DNA of 64,000 nucleotides from Felis catus. Taxonomy: Eukaryota. Shown here one piece after another: positions 35,721 through 49,269 of the stretch (position 1 is its first letter; the number at the start of each line of letters is the position of its first letter). The stretch spans positions 52,082,001-52,146,000 of the forward strand of contig NC_058382.1 of NCBI RefSeq assembly GCF_018350175.1, written 5' to 3'. The notes beneath the pieces were generated by a model. It saw only the letters and a program-made list of their open reading frames with translations, searched no databases and had not been told where the DNA came from. The position numbers and the translations under genes were made by a program.

Positions 35721-37269
35721 CTGCCACAGTGGCAGTGGAAATGGCATCTATTTTTAATGTGGGTTGGAAAATAATTGGTCAGATGTTGCAGGATTTTTTT
35801 TTTTTTTTTTTTGTAGAGGGTGGAAAAGCGCTTACAGATTTAAAAGACCTGGCAGAGCACCTATGTTTTAAACAGAAGGAAAAGCTGACATCGGGGACCG
35901 GCGACACAGAGATTTCACTTCTGTGCCATGACAAATACCAGGGAGATGTAATTGCAAAATGAAGCTGCAAGTGTCTTACCCAGGGAACTGGGTAACAACC
36001 TGCTTGGCTTCATAAAGAAGGAATAATATCCAATTAGACTAAGTGTATTCGGTGCCTGAGTGACAAGCTCCGGAGACCTCAGGGCCTCTGGGGCCCCCAG
36101 GGCGGTTTCAGGAGGCTGTCTGAGACCTGTCCGGGGTGTGAGGGGACGGCCCCGCCACACAGCAGGAGCTGATCAACGTGTCACGCTCTGCTGTGCGCCT
36201 CCCGGTAGGGCTGCCTCGGCTCTCCTTCCACTGGAAGGAGGTCCCGCCTAAGTTCTGGGGCACCAGCACCTTGTCTCCCGGCTGCCTGTGCTCTGACTGT
36301 ACTGCTGGGCTCATGGCCAGTGCCATGTTGGTCCCACATCTCACAATGACCTCCCGGGCCCTCAGGCCTCAGGATCCGGGTCCCCGCCGCAGGCCCATCC
36401 CGCACGGTCACTGCTGTCCCTCTTCCCGGAAGTATCAGTACTTTCCAGGTCAGACTGAAGGGTCCAAGTGTGAGTCCCTCCGGTTCCTGTCTGTGTGACC
36501 TCTGAGCAAGTGCCGAAGCCCTCTGAACTCCCCTTTTCTCCCCTGTAAAACGTGGTTTCCAACCGTTCGCTCCAGTTAGGGTTTGTGCGAGGGTTGGATG
36601 ACCAGCTGTATACGTCACCAAGCACAGGGCTGGCCCTCAGCATTGCTGCCTTGAGCGTATCCCCTCTGTCCAAGGCTGACCCGCCCTCCAGCCTTTCTGG
36701 TCCTCCGCCCCCTGGGAGGGCACCTTCCTTTGAGTAATGGTGTGTCTGCCAATCGTGCCAGGTGGCCATACTGCCAGATCTTTCCTTCCCTAACGTTAGT
36801 GTCTCAAGTCCCTGCTGGGGTGCGAGGCTACGTCTTGATTCCCGTGTAACCCTGATACCTCGCTGCTCTCTCTGCAGGTTGACCCCTAGTTGCTTTCATA
36901 GTTTCATTTTATGTCTTTGTTAATGAGTTGCTTTGTCTCTGTGAAAAACAGGTTGAATGTCAACAGTCCATGGATAAATACCCATTTCTGTTCAGTTTAA
37001 ACGTTCGGAGCTAGACCGGAACCCCGGGCCTTGGCTTCGTGTATTTTAGTTCCATTGGTGTGACGGTGTTTGGTACTTAATTATATGCAAACGGCATTAG
37101 ACCTGGATGAGAGCGGGGTTCACTTAAGTGGATTGTCCTTGCTATTTAAGCCAACGTGGGAGTAAAATCCATCAGCTTGAGTCAATGAAAGGTTCGGTAT
37201 TAGATGCAGGGTATTGTAGGGGAAGATCACGAGCCGGGGAAGGGAGACCGCATTGTGTTTCTGTCTTTG

Positions 37270-37490
37270 CCACATAGCCCTGCTCTTTGGCAAATCACTC
37301 AGGTCCCACGGTTCGGTTTCTTCCTCATTTCAAACACTGTGTGTCAGGTGCTGCGTTGAGCAAGGTATGCGTAGTGTCCTATTTAAAACCCTAATGATGG
37401 TCCTTTAGATGTTGGGACTGTTACTATTTTCATTTTACAACAGAGCAAACTGGGACTCAGGTTAACTGGCTCCAGACAAGACAGCTAGTT
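37270..37490. mobile_element. MIR fragments
   Basis: ctttggcaaatcactc...; actgtgtgtcaggtgctg...cattttacaacagagcaaactgggactcag. Confidence 0.6.
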
Positions 37491-37825
37491 AGAGGCACCA
37501 CAGAGACAGGAGCATGTCGCTGGCCATTGCCCTCATCCAGGAGGCACACTGCCTGTTTTTGGCAGGTGACCCACATGGGCCCTTCCATCCCAGTAAATTT
37601 CCGCTTCTGGTCAGTTGAATCCGAACAGCCAAAAGGCAGAAATCATCAGGAAACAACGATAAAAGTAATGTTTGTAACAAATATAAAATTTATTTTTTGT
37701 CTCTGTGGCCCCCTAAAGTCTGGCTTAATTATTTTAAAGCAGATCAACACTTTGCTGGGCCATTTGCAAATCAGCCAGCCGGGGGGCGGACTGAAGAGAG
37801 TGAATGGATGCCCGCAGTATCCAGG

Positions 37826-38329
37826 TGTGTTAGGTACCTGTTGCCACTGTCCCAAATGTAGTGGCCCCCGTGTTGTAGTGGCCAAACAACATGGGCTTGT
37901 TGTGGCACAGTTCCGTAGGAAAGAAGGCTGATGCAGGTGTCAGTGTTCCTTCCTGGAGGTCCAAGGGGCGTCTTGTTCCCTGCCTCCCTGTCTTTGTGGC
38001 CGCCACACTCCTTGGCCACGGCCCCGTCCTCACAGCCAGCAACTCTGCATCTCTCTGAGCTTTTCTTTTGCAGCAGGTCTTCCTCTGATTGTCTTCTCCC
38101 GCCTCCTCTGAGGACACTTGTCTTGTACCTTTGAGGACACTTGTCATTACCTTGGGACCACGTGGATAACCCAGGGCACGCTGTTTTAAGTTCGGCTGCT
38201 TGGCAGTCTTCTTTCACCTGCAGCCCGATTTCCTCTTTGCCACGTAACCCAATGTGTTGTTCACAGGTTCCGGGGCCTGGGACCTGGACAGCTTTGAGAA
38301 AGGGAGGGGCATCGTTCTGTCTCCTACAC
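37826..38329 (-). mobile_element. MLT1C/D-type solo LTR
   Basis: gtggccaaacaaca...cacagttccgtagg...ttcctggaggtccaagggg...tgaggacacttgtc (duplicated)...tcacaggttccgggg...gttctgtctcctacac. Confidence 0.8.
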
Positions 38330-40537
38330 AGTGTTAGCGCGTGGCCCTACGTACACAGTAAGAGAATCCAGCACTCCCTTCCTGTTTCTTTCTAACTTCC
38401 TGCCCTGCCTTTCAGGATGTATGGAGTGGTTTAGATAGACCCCAAAGTGAGGGTAATTGGTTGATCCTGCTTTCTGGTTGGTAGAACTGTAGACACAACG
38501 ATGGTGGGAACAAAAAGGCTGAACATATAAGAAGACCATACAGGCAAGGAGGAAGTAGCCTTCGTGTGAGCAGTGGAAAGCCAAGGGTTGTCCCAAATAA
38601 TTGCATGGGCTAATGTACTAGCAAAGATAGAACACTGCTGTTTGTAAATCCACACTGTGACCAGCACAAGCCCCCTGATGAGATCAGAGCCTGAACCAGA
38701 CTATTCCACCAGGCTCTGAGCTTCTGACCTCAATAGGCACCAAAAAGCTTACTAAAGGCTCAGAAGAGAAATGTCTTATTGAAAGTTACTATGTGCCAGG
38801 TGTCACCTGTTTGTAACGTTCACCAGAAGATTCATCCATTCACTTGGCAAAGTTATTTCACCTACCGGGCAAGGGCGTTTAATATATAGGGGTACAGGGA
38901 TAAATAATTCTGTACGCTGTGGAGGCCGTGGAGACTCACCTTCTGCAGAGGTCAGGTTCCGAAGTCAGCATCTAAGCTGGAGAGAGAGTGCAGTCAAATG
39001 ACCCCCAAAGATCCTTCCAGATTGCACGTCCTTGGCAACGCAGAGCCAGTTTGGAAACTCGTAGGCCAGTTTCTTGGATTTCAGCAGCAGCCTACTCTTC
39101 CCTGGAAAGCAGAGGCCCACTCCCATCCAACCGTCTCGATTTTGGGTGGGCTCTGCCCCCCGTTGTCTTCACTTTCCTCAGTGCCCTTGCCGTTCAGAGG
39201 TGGCTTGTCGGTGGGTGTGTGATTGGACTGTATGGGGTAGGAAACAATCTTGTCTCGAATTCTGTGGTCAAACAATATGAAGACCTACTCTCCATCCTCC
39301 AAGGAAAACAAAATGTAATGATAAAGTTGGTACATTTATGACCGTCACAGTGAGGTTTTAATGTTTTCTCTACATTTTTGATGTCTAGAGGCGTTACTTC
39401 ACGGGGAGGGCCCTTCCTGGCTCAGAACTTCCTTAGCCTATGTGCCATGCCGTGTATAAGTGCATCCGAGTTTATGTGCTATCGATAGAGACAGTGATTT
39501 TTATTCATTAGAGTTTTTGAGTCTAATTGTTTTTAAACTGCCACTTTTGTTTGTTAAAGATACAGATGTCTGGCCAGAGAGGAAAGCCAGGTGAATTTAT
39601 TGTTACAATTAGACGCTTCACAATTTGAAAACTTATCACTTAAATTGGTGAAGTGTCACTTTTATGCAACTTGATGTTTAGAAATCCTCAGAGCCCAGGA
39701 CGAAGCTCGCATGCAATTTAACAAGATCTCGGTGAGATGAAGGAAGTCTCACTTGAGGAGACATTGAGACAAACTGGATGGAATTTTCCGCCTCCCTCCT
39801 CCATGGTCGAATAGGTGAAGGGAGACAGACCACAAATTGATTTTTGTGTAACTTTTAAATTAAGTGGAGCAGAGTTAAAAAAAAAAAAAAGAAGTTGCTG
39901 GATTTGAAGTTGCCCTATGTTTGATTGCTGCATGGAAGTTAGTTAATATGTTAATACGAATCCAGATGAGCGCTGCATGTTTCACTCTTCATGTTAATTT
40001 TGTGGTGCCTGCTAGTCTCCGGGCAACCGAGAACAAGTCATAGGTTATGTGTTTTCTTATTTACGGGCATTAAGCAATATCTTTAAAATGTAAAATAAAG
40101 CCGACCAAATGCACAGCCCGATAACAACAACAAATCTAATCTAAAGTGACACGGGGGGACTCTCTGAGACGGTTTTCTCTTTAATGTAACATGACTTTAA
40201 ATTGACGCATCCCCACAGTGATTGAAAAATTCTCAGAGCTTGTCTCCTATGATTACATTTCTGATCTGTACAACTTAATTTCTTAACTCGGTGAGCCTCA
40301 GTTTTGCGAGCGAACAGTTTTCTCTTGCTTTCTCTTTTGCTTTCTTTACTTGGCAAGAGACTGTATATGGCAACCAGGCAGACGGAGCTCTGTCACCTTG
40401 GGAGTCGGTGGGAAATCCTACGATGTCAGAGGCGCAAGAACGCGCCGTAGATGATGCGCCTCCACATCTCTGGCTCCTCTTTTCCTTCTTTCTCTCCCTT
40501 CCCCTGCCCTGCCCTCCCCTTCCTTTCTCTTCTCTCA

Positions 40538-40642
40538 ACTGTGGCAGTGGCTGCACAGCACTATGAATACGCTAAAACCCACAGAGCTGTACCTTTTAAA
40601 TGGATGAATTATATTGCATATGAAGTATATCAATAAAGCGGT
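40538..40642 (+). mobile_element. Old L1M 3' end
   Basis: gtggctgcacagcactatgaatacgctaaaacc...ttaaatggatgaattat...tatatcaataaagc. Confidence 0.8.
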
Positions 40643-40651
40643 AATAAATAT

Positions 40652-40877
40652 TAAAAAATTTTTTTAATGTTTAATCTTAGAGAGAGAGAGACTGAGAGAG
40701 AGCGCGAGTGAGCGAGCAGGGGAGGGACAGAGAGACAGGGAGACACAGAATCCGGAGCAGGTTCCAGGCCCTGAGCTGTTAGCACAGAGCCCGACGCGGG
40801 GCTTGAACTCACGAACCCGGAGATCATGACCTGGGCCCAAGTTGGACACTTCACTGACTGAGCCACCCAGTCACCCC
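40652..40877 (-). mobile_element. CAN-SINE
   Basis: Reverse SINE, gagacacagaatccggagcagg...gagccacccagtcacccc. Confidence 0.93.
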
Positions 40878-41481
40878 ATTCACACAGTAATATATTTTTT
40901 AAAACGTCTCAGGAGTCATCGTCAGCATAATTACTTCATAAATTGCGTTTTGATAAATTCAGAATTAATTTGCAGTGGGTTATCGTTCTAAGGTAACGCC
41001 CGGTGATTGCTAATGTTTGTAATCCAGGGCGCTCACTCAAATTCTTTATCCACTTGGTGTCTAGAATGTGTTGGAATTCTGTTTGATGTTTTCTTGAGTT
41101 TGGGGTTCCGTTTCTTGGGCCTCATATGTGATATGGGTGAATTTTCTGTGATTCAAAGGCTGTGGTTATATCACTGATGCTTCCATGTAGGCAAAATAAC
41201 AGCATCAACTCGAGTCGTCCTGATTGCATACGCGCAGGCATAGCGTTCTCACCTTCCTCCGCACCTTTAGTTCCTAAGATGGCGTTGTTTATTCAGCTTG
41301 GGTAATTACTAAAGTGAAGAACAGTTATCCAACACGTGTTCCTTTCGGTCCTCACTGTATGACTGAAATGATTTTTTCTAAGTAATCCCCCAAAGCCTCT
41401 GACTGTTCTTTTGTTTCCTCCACAGTCTCCAGTGGTATTTTGAGATTTTAAAGAGAAAATCAAAGCTCTCTCCTCCATTTT

Positions 41482-41687
41482 TATTTATTTATTTATTTAT
41501 TTTTGAGAGAGAGACAGAGCATGAACGGGGGAGGGGCAGAGAGAGAGAGAGAGACACAGAATCGGAAACAGGCTCCAGGCTCTGAGCCATCAGCCCAGAG
41601 CCGGACGCGGGGCTCGAACCCACGGACCGCGAGATCGTGACCTGGCTGAAGTCGGACGCTTAACCGACTGCGCCACCCAGGCGCCCC
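41482..41687 (-). mobile_element. Young feline-type CAN-SINE with perfect 17-bp TSD
   Basis: TSD gctctctcctccatttt at 41465-41481 and 41688-41704. Confidence 0.97.
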
Positions 41688-41711
41688 GCTCTCTCCTCCA
41701 TTTTATCATCT

Positions 41712-41796
41712 GTTTCTTTTTCTTTCTTTTCCTTCCTTCCTTCCTTCCTTCCTTCCTTCCTTCCTTCCTTCCTTCCTTCCTTCCTTCCTTCCTTCC
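41712..41796. repeat. (CTTC)n tetranucleotide microsatellite
   Basis: Directly visible pure polypyrimidine tract. Confidence 0.97.
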
Positions 41797-42108
41797 ACTC
41801 AGCTGTCTCACCTTGGGTACTTTTTAACACAGCTATTGGTAATTGTAGATTTTTATTTGAAATGTGCTTAATGTTTTCTTATGTAAGACAAGGAAGTTAA
41901 GGATAAGAAAACCATTTACACTTTGATTGACACGAAAAGCAGATGGTGTGACTCAGACCAAGAAGAGTAAAAGGACCCTGTGAGCAATTTTGCGCTAGGA
42001 TGTGATGACGAGGTACCTATGGTCACAGGATAAGGACTTTGTTCTTGGAGGGAGACATGCTCGCAATTTCTTCCCTTCACATGGCCTTTGCTCCAATAAT
42101 TTCTTTTT

Positions 42109-42282
42109 TTTTTCTTTTTAAAGTTTTGAGAGACAGATGGAGAGCAGATAGAGAGGGAGAGAGAGAGAGGGCAAGAGAGAATTCCATGCAGACTCTGCTC
42201 TCGAACCCACGAACTGTGAGCTCATGACCCGAGCTGAAATCAAGGGTTGGACGCTTAGCCGAGTGAGCCACCCCAGGCGGCC
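42109..42282 (-). mobile_element. CAN-SINE, internally deleted, 18-bp TSD
   Basis: TSD ctccaataatttcttttt at 42091-42108 and 42283-42300. Confidence 0.92.
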
Positions 42283-43769
42283 CTCCAATAATTTCTTTTT
42301 GGAAAAATCAGGGTGCAAACTAACCAGCAAGAAGCTTGCATTTATTACTTGAAGCAAGAAACCTTTAATCAAAAATTTCAACCATTAGATCCGTACATGT
42401 TTAGCACCTATTTCTTTTTCTGTCTTCCAAGTGTACTGTGTATCTTTAAGTAGGTGAATCCTGCAGTAGGTTTTATTATATATCACACCACAAAGTTAAG
42501 CTTGGTTCATTTGGATTTTAAAAATCTCCAGGGCTTTGAGAATGACTTTGAAACACTCTTTACTGTCGGAGCTTAAAGAAAATAAATCTCGAGTGTCCTC
42601 TGTATTAATTCACCTGCTTGGAAAGTTAGAGATTAAAGGGTTTACTGGGGTTTTTATATTTTCTATAATTTGTATTGGAGTAAACTGTTCTTTGTAGGGA
42701 GTGGTTCAGCTTTCTAAAACAGAAAGAGTCTGTTTTAGAGAAGAAGAATAAGGAAAAAAGTACAGTATAAATACATAAAACTTGTAAGACTTTGCGTGTG
42801 CACACGTGTGTGTGTATTAGATGTAAAGGAGTTAGTAAATTACTTTAATTAAGTGCACTTTGAAGAAGTGATCCCTGTTTCCATTAATGGTGAGCTTTGT
42901 GAGCAAGGACTCATGAGTTTTCCTTTGAAAAGAAAGGTTTTCGTTTTCTTCAAGAAGGCATTGTTAGCAAAATGAGGGAAGCAAAAGAGAAGTAGATAAG
43001 GAAATGAATCACTGTGGGGAGGCAGGACCAGTGTGCTGTATAGCCTTTCTCCGATTCTGGTATCTAGAACCGAGGTTGCTAATTAATGACCCAAGAGCTA
43101 GCTCTGTTTGATGAAATGCAAGATGTAACACACACGCTGAGTTTGACTGATGCGTGATTATTACCATCCATTCATGTGCAATCCTGTGTTGGGAAGATTT
43201 GTCATTTATTTTTGACACATTTCTCTCTGATTTCATACACTCATGCAAATAGGTCTCACCTTCCTCCAAAACCTTATTTCCAGAGTCAACTTTGTGTATT
43301 CAGTCTGGGTAATTTATTGGCCACTACTCATTTTCCTTAATACATAATCTCTTCCCCTAATGCTCTCCCTGTCTTGAAAACCAACAATATGGAGAACTAA
43401 GTCACAGTGCACGAACTTAAAACTTGCTCTGAGAAAGGAAAGTCAAGGCCTCTCAGCCCCTAAAACACCCTGTGGAATTCATGTCAAATGCCTTCCCTTG
43501 GAGGTGGTAGATGGAGCCTGTTTGAAAAGCACCAGAAATCACCATGTGAACTGTGAGCAGTGGCGTTTTTCTGCCTGACCGCCAAGATGGCCACCAGAAA
43601 AGAAGCTGGCCGACTCCCAGGGGGCAAAGTGGGGTGACGCTGGCTCACGAGAAGTTAAAGGGAGGCCACTTGCTGTTTTCCAAGTTCATTTCCAGCATGT
43701 GTGTCTCAGGGCCAAAGGCCCAGCTGTGCCTCGTTAGAAGCAAGAGTCTGGCTGTGGTACCACTTCATT

Positions 43770-43890
43770 AAATAAGAACGAAAGAAAAGGACGGAAGGAG
43801 GAAAGAAAGGAAAGAAGGACCAGAGGAAGACTAGTAAAGAGAAGAAAAGGAAAGAAAAGAAAAAAGAGAAGAGAAAGAAGAGAAAAGAAG
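43770..43890. repeat. Purine-rich (GAAA-type) low-complexity tract
   Basis: Directly visible. Confidence 0.85.
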
Positions 43891-44679
43891 GCCACCCAGC
43901 TAAATGGCAACGTAATGTGGGACGACCTGTGCCCGGAACCTTTCATGTCCCATAATGAGTGTGCCATTTGCTAGCTGTGGGGAGAAAAACGACACGGTAT
44001 GCAGCAGTCAACTTTTTCCTGAAGAAAGAAAGGGAAAAAAAATATTTTTCTCAGCCAAGACATGGGTGACACCTGTTAACTTTAGGCACACGGTGCAAGT
44101 GTCAGCCCTGGAAAGCGACTCCCAGGGAGCAGCACTTTTTACAAAACATTTAATCAACTTGGTCGTATTTATAGCCCTGGCGAGGTTGGCCCATTGTTAC
44201 AAGATGAAATTGTGATGTTCAGCAGTTTATACCTTGGGAGCTGGAAGCGTTTCTCCATGGTGAATTTGTAATATTAATTGGCCATGTCAGTTCATGACAA
44301 ATGTAGTGACATCTATTTCAAGTATTTCAGTTTTATGGTGCTGAAAAAGTGACACACGCTTGAGATAAGTAATCTCACAAAAGATCTTCATGCTCTCTCC
44401 GAAGCGGTTCCAGAACACGCTCTCAGAGGAGACGCAAATCGGCCGTGGGTTCAGGGGGCCACCCCCTTCCTTTTGCTCCAGGCTGAGAAGGAGCCTGAGG
44501 AGGGAGGAGAGCGGTGCCCTCCCTGTCACACGTCGTTCAGGCTCATGCGACTTGGGTTGAGGCACGGCCACGGACTCTCTTGCCAGGGCACTGAGCTCAA
44601 GATGGTCATTTACTTGATCTGCGTGTCTGCTGCTCAGAGGCCATGCCCATTAGCAAAAGGAAAATAGTGCCATGCTCAC

Positions 44680-44890
44680 TGTGTGCAATCTGCCCTCTTC
44701 CCTGTCCGGGGCATCTGGCAGCGTCTGGACATGTTCTGGTTGTCACATCTCAGGGGGGAATGAGTTGCTATTGGCATCTGGTGAGTTCAGGCCAGGAATG
44801 CTGCTTAACGCCTACAAGGCATGGGACAGGCCCCCGTGAAGTATTGTCCAGCCCCCAAAAGCCAGTGGGGCCGAGGCTGAGAAACCCTGC
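44680..44890 (+). mobile_element. MER20 hAT DNA transposon
   Basis: gtctggacatgttctggttgtcac...tgctattggcatctggtgag...ggccaggaatgctgc...gccgaggctgagaaaccctg. Confidence 0.85.
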
Positions 44891-45249
44891 AGTTGTGTGG
44901 AACATGCCTTTTTCTACTTCTCAAGCTTGGCTGGGCCCCAGGAGACCCATGTGACCAAGGTGAGGGGTGCTGACACCTATGGGAGGTAGGGCGGGCAGAG
45001 TGGGGGAGGTATGAAGGAAGCCCTCTGGCAGATGGTGAGGGGGCAGACCACAAAACAATGCCACGGAAAACACGGGAGTGGTTAGACCAGGTGTCTTGGG
45101 CAACAGAAGGAGGGAACCATCCCTGCAGTTGGACTGGGCTTCCAGAAGGAGAGGGTGTTTGAGTTCACTTGCAAAGATATGGCGAAAGGCATTTCAGCCC
45201 AACCAAGTGGACACATTTGTCAAATAGAACTCAGCAACATTTTTTCACA

Positions 45250-45470
45250 TGCTCAGTATGACAACGGTTTCCAAAACAGCACCACAACAAAATAGACTTG
45301 TGGGTATGCAGAGAGAGTATATTCACACAGTTGTGTTGTCAGCCTTCTCTGTATGTCTAAGATACGGAAGGCGTCCTTATTCCTGTTTTACAGATGTGGA
45401 AACTGAGGCCCAAACAGATTAAGTGACGGCTGAAGCTCCCATAGTCTGTCAGTGAAAAGGAAGGGACCAG
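45250..45470 (-). mobile_element. MIR
   Basis: tttacagatgtggaaactgaggcccaaacagattaagtgac. Confidence 0.8.
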
Positions 45471-45539
45471 AGGCTGCATCTGTTTTTGTTTTTGTTGTTG
45501 TTGTTGTTGTTCTTCTTCTTCTCTATTAAGTGGAACAAA

Positions 45540-46700
45540 TTGTTATTATTTTTTTGGTGATTATTTCGCATGTGTAGTTTCTGATACACAAACATATTGC
45601 GTGTGAAATTTTAAAGATGCAGTCAGGTCAAAGAAAGAAAAGAGAATTGTCCTGGAAACTGCTCCTTTCCAATTAACACGGTTTCCATGCTATTAAATCA
45701 GCAGCAGCAGCATTTGTAATAGCTGCCCAGTGCCTTAATGTATAGGTGGACTGTAATTTACTTAACCAATCCCCTGTTGTTGGACATACAGGTTATGTAC
45801 AATTTCTCGATTGAAAATGCAGTCGCGACGAATGTCTTTGTAGCACACACCAATCACTGATTGCCAAGTGTGCAACCAAGAGCTGGTTCTGAGAGAGGGG
45901 GTGGGCTTTGAGGTAAATTGCTAAATTGTCTTCTTGAAAGATTGAGAGGTTACTTGCTTGTATTTTCATTTCGTATAGTTTTCCAAAGCCAAGTTGAATC
46001 TTGGCTACTTTCACTATGTATTTCTTTGAATTAGTGAAGCTAAACCTTTTTTTGTTTTGTCTTATATGTACTTATCAACACTGTCTCTTTGGAAATAGTC
46101 TCTTCATGTCCATTGATTTCTATCACTGTGCCTTTATGTTTATGAAACAACTTTTTATGTGTTCAGTTTGGGATAGTAGCCCTTTGTTATGTTTATCATA
46201 AGTATTTCCTCATGATCTCTCCTTTTTTTTGTCTTATAATTTTATGCTTAATTTAATTTTTAAGGTTTTATTTTTGTTTTCAGGCAGAGCATGAATGGGG
46301 GAGGGGAAAGAGAGAGAGAGAGAGAGAATGTCTGCCCTGACATATGGACCCTGACTCAAACTGAGAGCCGTGAGATCATGACCTGAGCCAAAACCAGGAT
46401 GCTTAACAGACTGAGCCACCCATGCGCCCCTATGCTTCATTTTAGTGTAGCCAAATTCGTCAGCCTAGTGTCTCTTGTCTCTGCTTTTCATCGTTATGTT
46501 TTAAAAATCCTTCTCCACTGTAACATTCTATTCACCGTGCCTTACTAGCCAAACGCTCCTATATTTAACCTTGAAATCATTGAATTCATTGGGAACCTTT
46601 TTTTTTTAATTTGCCAAGAGAAATGGGGTATCTATTTTCTTTTCCCCAGATGATTAGTCAGTTGTTCCAACACCAGTTATTGGAATAATTTATTCCTTCC
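45540..46700 (-). mobile_element. Old L1M (ME-type) degraded fragment, interrupted by a SINE
   Basis: aatttacttaaccaatcccctgttgttggacat, ttgctaaattgtcttc, tagccctttgttatg, cagttgttccaacaccagttattg. Confidence 0.7.
46250..46430 (-). mobile_element. CAN-SINE, internally deleted
   Basis: Reverse SINE; TSD tatgctt(a/c)attt. Confidence 0.9.
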
Positions 46701-49269
46701 CCAGTAAGTACACCTGGGCTGATTATGAAAACTATACTTCAATGGATATACTTAGTATTTTCAGTGAATATACTTCAATATTATTTCATGTTAATTCATA
46801 AAATATTAGAGTAATATATAAAAATCCTGGAATCCTACCTTTTGGGTATATTTTGCTTTTCAGCTTCCAACCAGCCCATCCCTTTGAGCAAATGCTATTT
46901 TCCATTTTTATAATTCGACTCCCTTTCATATTACATTGAAATATATATTTGTCTTTTTCCCCACCCAAGACTTTAAAAAAAAAAAGAGTTCTGGAGCTGC
47001 CACTCCTTTTACTGTTATTTCTGCATCTAAAAAACAAAACCAAAAAACCATAACCTTGGCATTTTGGCTCCCTTTGAGAAGGAAGGCATGTAATGCTCAG
47101 TTATCTCTTCTTCTTCCGGGTAACCTCAGCATTAGTGCAATGAATGGTGGGCGATGGATATTCTTAGGAGCTCAGACAAGACCTCCATGGGTGAAATGCT
47201 CTAATTCCGCCCTCCCCTGGAACTTGAGTTTAGGTTTAATTTGGTTTGCAAAAGTCACCAAGCCTGCCACTTCCCAGGCATCCAAGAGAAAGGTCCCTAA
47301 TGTTTCGAGTCTCCAGACCTCTGCTTTCTCAGGGATGCATATTATGCCAGAGAAGCCTTAATAATGATTTTCCTTGGCATTGCCTAGAAAATACTAGAAA
47401 GAAAATGCTTTAAAATGTTATTTGGTGTCCCGTGCCATTTTCTTGTGTAGCCTGAGCTACACTGCTCACTGCTGTGCTGCTGCCCCTCTTAGAGATGACA
47501 CGAGGTAACAGATGTGTCTCATTTATTGTCACACCGAATAGGTAATAAAGGCCAGACATGACTGTGTTGTGGTTCTTGCTGATGGGCACACTTATCAAAG
47601 GTACACGTTCTGTGTGTCATATGCAGGAAATGCATTTCCAGTGACCAGGCCAATCAGTTAAGAGCTGTTCCCGGACATAAGGATTTCATACAGACAGATT
47701 CATATCACTTCCATTATGTGCACCTCTTGCCTTCTTAAATGTTTAAAAAGAAATTGCTTTGGACACCAGGAGGTATTTATATTAGCATTTGCACACCCTT
47801 CCTTTGTACTTCTTTAGTTCACGATGCAAATGGCCTGCCTTCTTGTTAGTGTCCTCAGGGCTGTGTAATCTTTCATCTATGTTTGCAGTCAGACCATGTG
47901 GGCTCTTAACATTACTACAATATCATTTTATTTGTGGAATCTTCTTCTTCCTCATGATTCATTTTTAACCCCACATAGGTAAACACCCCAAGTTTACTTT
48001 TTGTGGATTATATATTTTAACATTAACATACTTTTCATACACATTTGAGGGAGTTTTATCATCATAACTCAGGCTTTCTTGAAGTCAGGGGAGCTAGACC
48101 CATGTTACCTGGCCACTTTAACCAATATGCTATAGTTCCGTCCTGTCACCTTTTCATTTGTTCATCCATTGGGATAGTTGGTGACCAATGGAAGGTAGAA
48201 TCTTTATCCTTTTGAAAATACCTATCATCCCTCTCATGAAAGTTGCTGCTGTCTCGTGTATATATAATCACTCCTGGGAAGTGTTTTCTTTGATTTGTGA
48301 TTAAAATTGTGTATCTCCTAGACCCCAGTATATGCCTCTTGTCTATGGGCTTAGAAGATGCTTCTCTTCAGAGAAGGAGGGGTAAAGTCAGAAGTTACTC
48401 AGGTAGGAAAAACAAACCAACAAACAAAGAAAGGTGAAATCAGGTTCTAGTTAACCCAAATGCAGCCATGGGTAGAATTTTAGGCTGATTTATATTCTAT
48501 TTCACCACAAGATGTCACCAGGACACCATACCAGCATGGCCTCTGGAACACCTCTCTGGCCAGTAGAGTTATGGTAATCACCTAGGGCCTTGGGGAGGGT
48601 GGGTTGGGAGGGGACCCCATTCTAGGGAGCTGGAGGACATCACAGATGCCTTGATGCTTCTTCCCGCTCCAGGGGCCTGTCACTTCCAGCCTTTGCGTGG
48701 AGAGTGAGGGCTGGTGACACGACACACGAGGGTCATCGTGAAGTCCAAGGTGTTCTGTTGGCACTGCAACTTTGTATTCCTTGCATGGGGAAGAGGCATC
48801 TGTGAGGAGGAGACTCCATATGCATAGCCATGTCCCCCCTTTCAGTCAACATTTGTTGCATGAATAGGAATCCCATTCTCGTAGATGAAACAGGATTTCA
48901 TCTTTGCGGGCCTTGTAAAATTTGAGCTTTTTGGTGAATGGCGTTATTTGAGAAATGTACCATTGAGGTTTCACCTTGCACATGTCATTGTCAGCTGGCA
49001 GATCATCCACTGAGTACTCTGTTTCCCTGTGGAGTTGTGGAAATGTTCCACCAGACCTGGGGGTTCTGGGGACTGTGTGTTCCAGGGGTCCCTTAATCCC
49101 AACTTAACTGTTTTGAGTTCTTGGTGGTGTTTATGTAGAAAGTCAAATCTAATAGCACTTTCCTTGGTCACCTGGTATCTTCTCGTTTTTATTCTTATAC
49201 CTTAGATTATTTGTCATCCTGAATTATGCCAGGGCTGGTGTGTGCTAAGGAGCTTGTCATTTAACTCAA

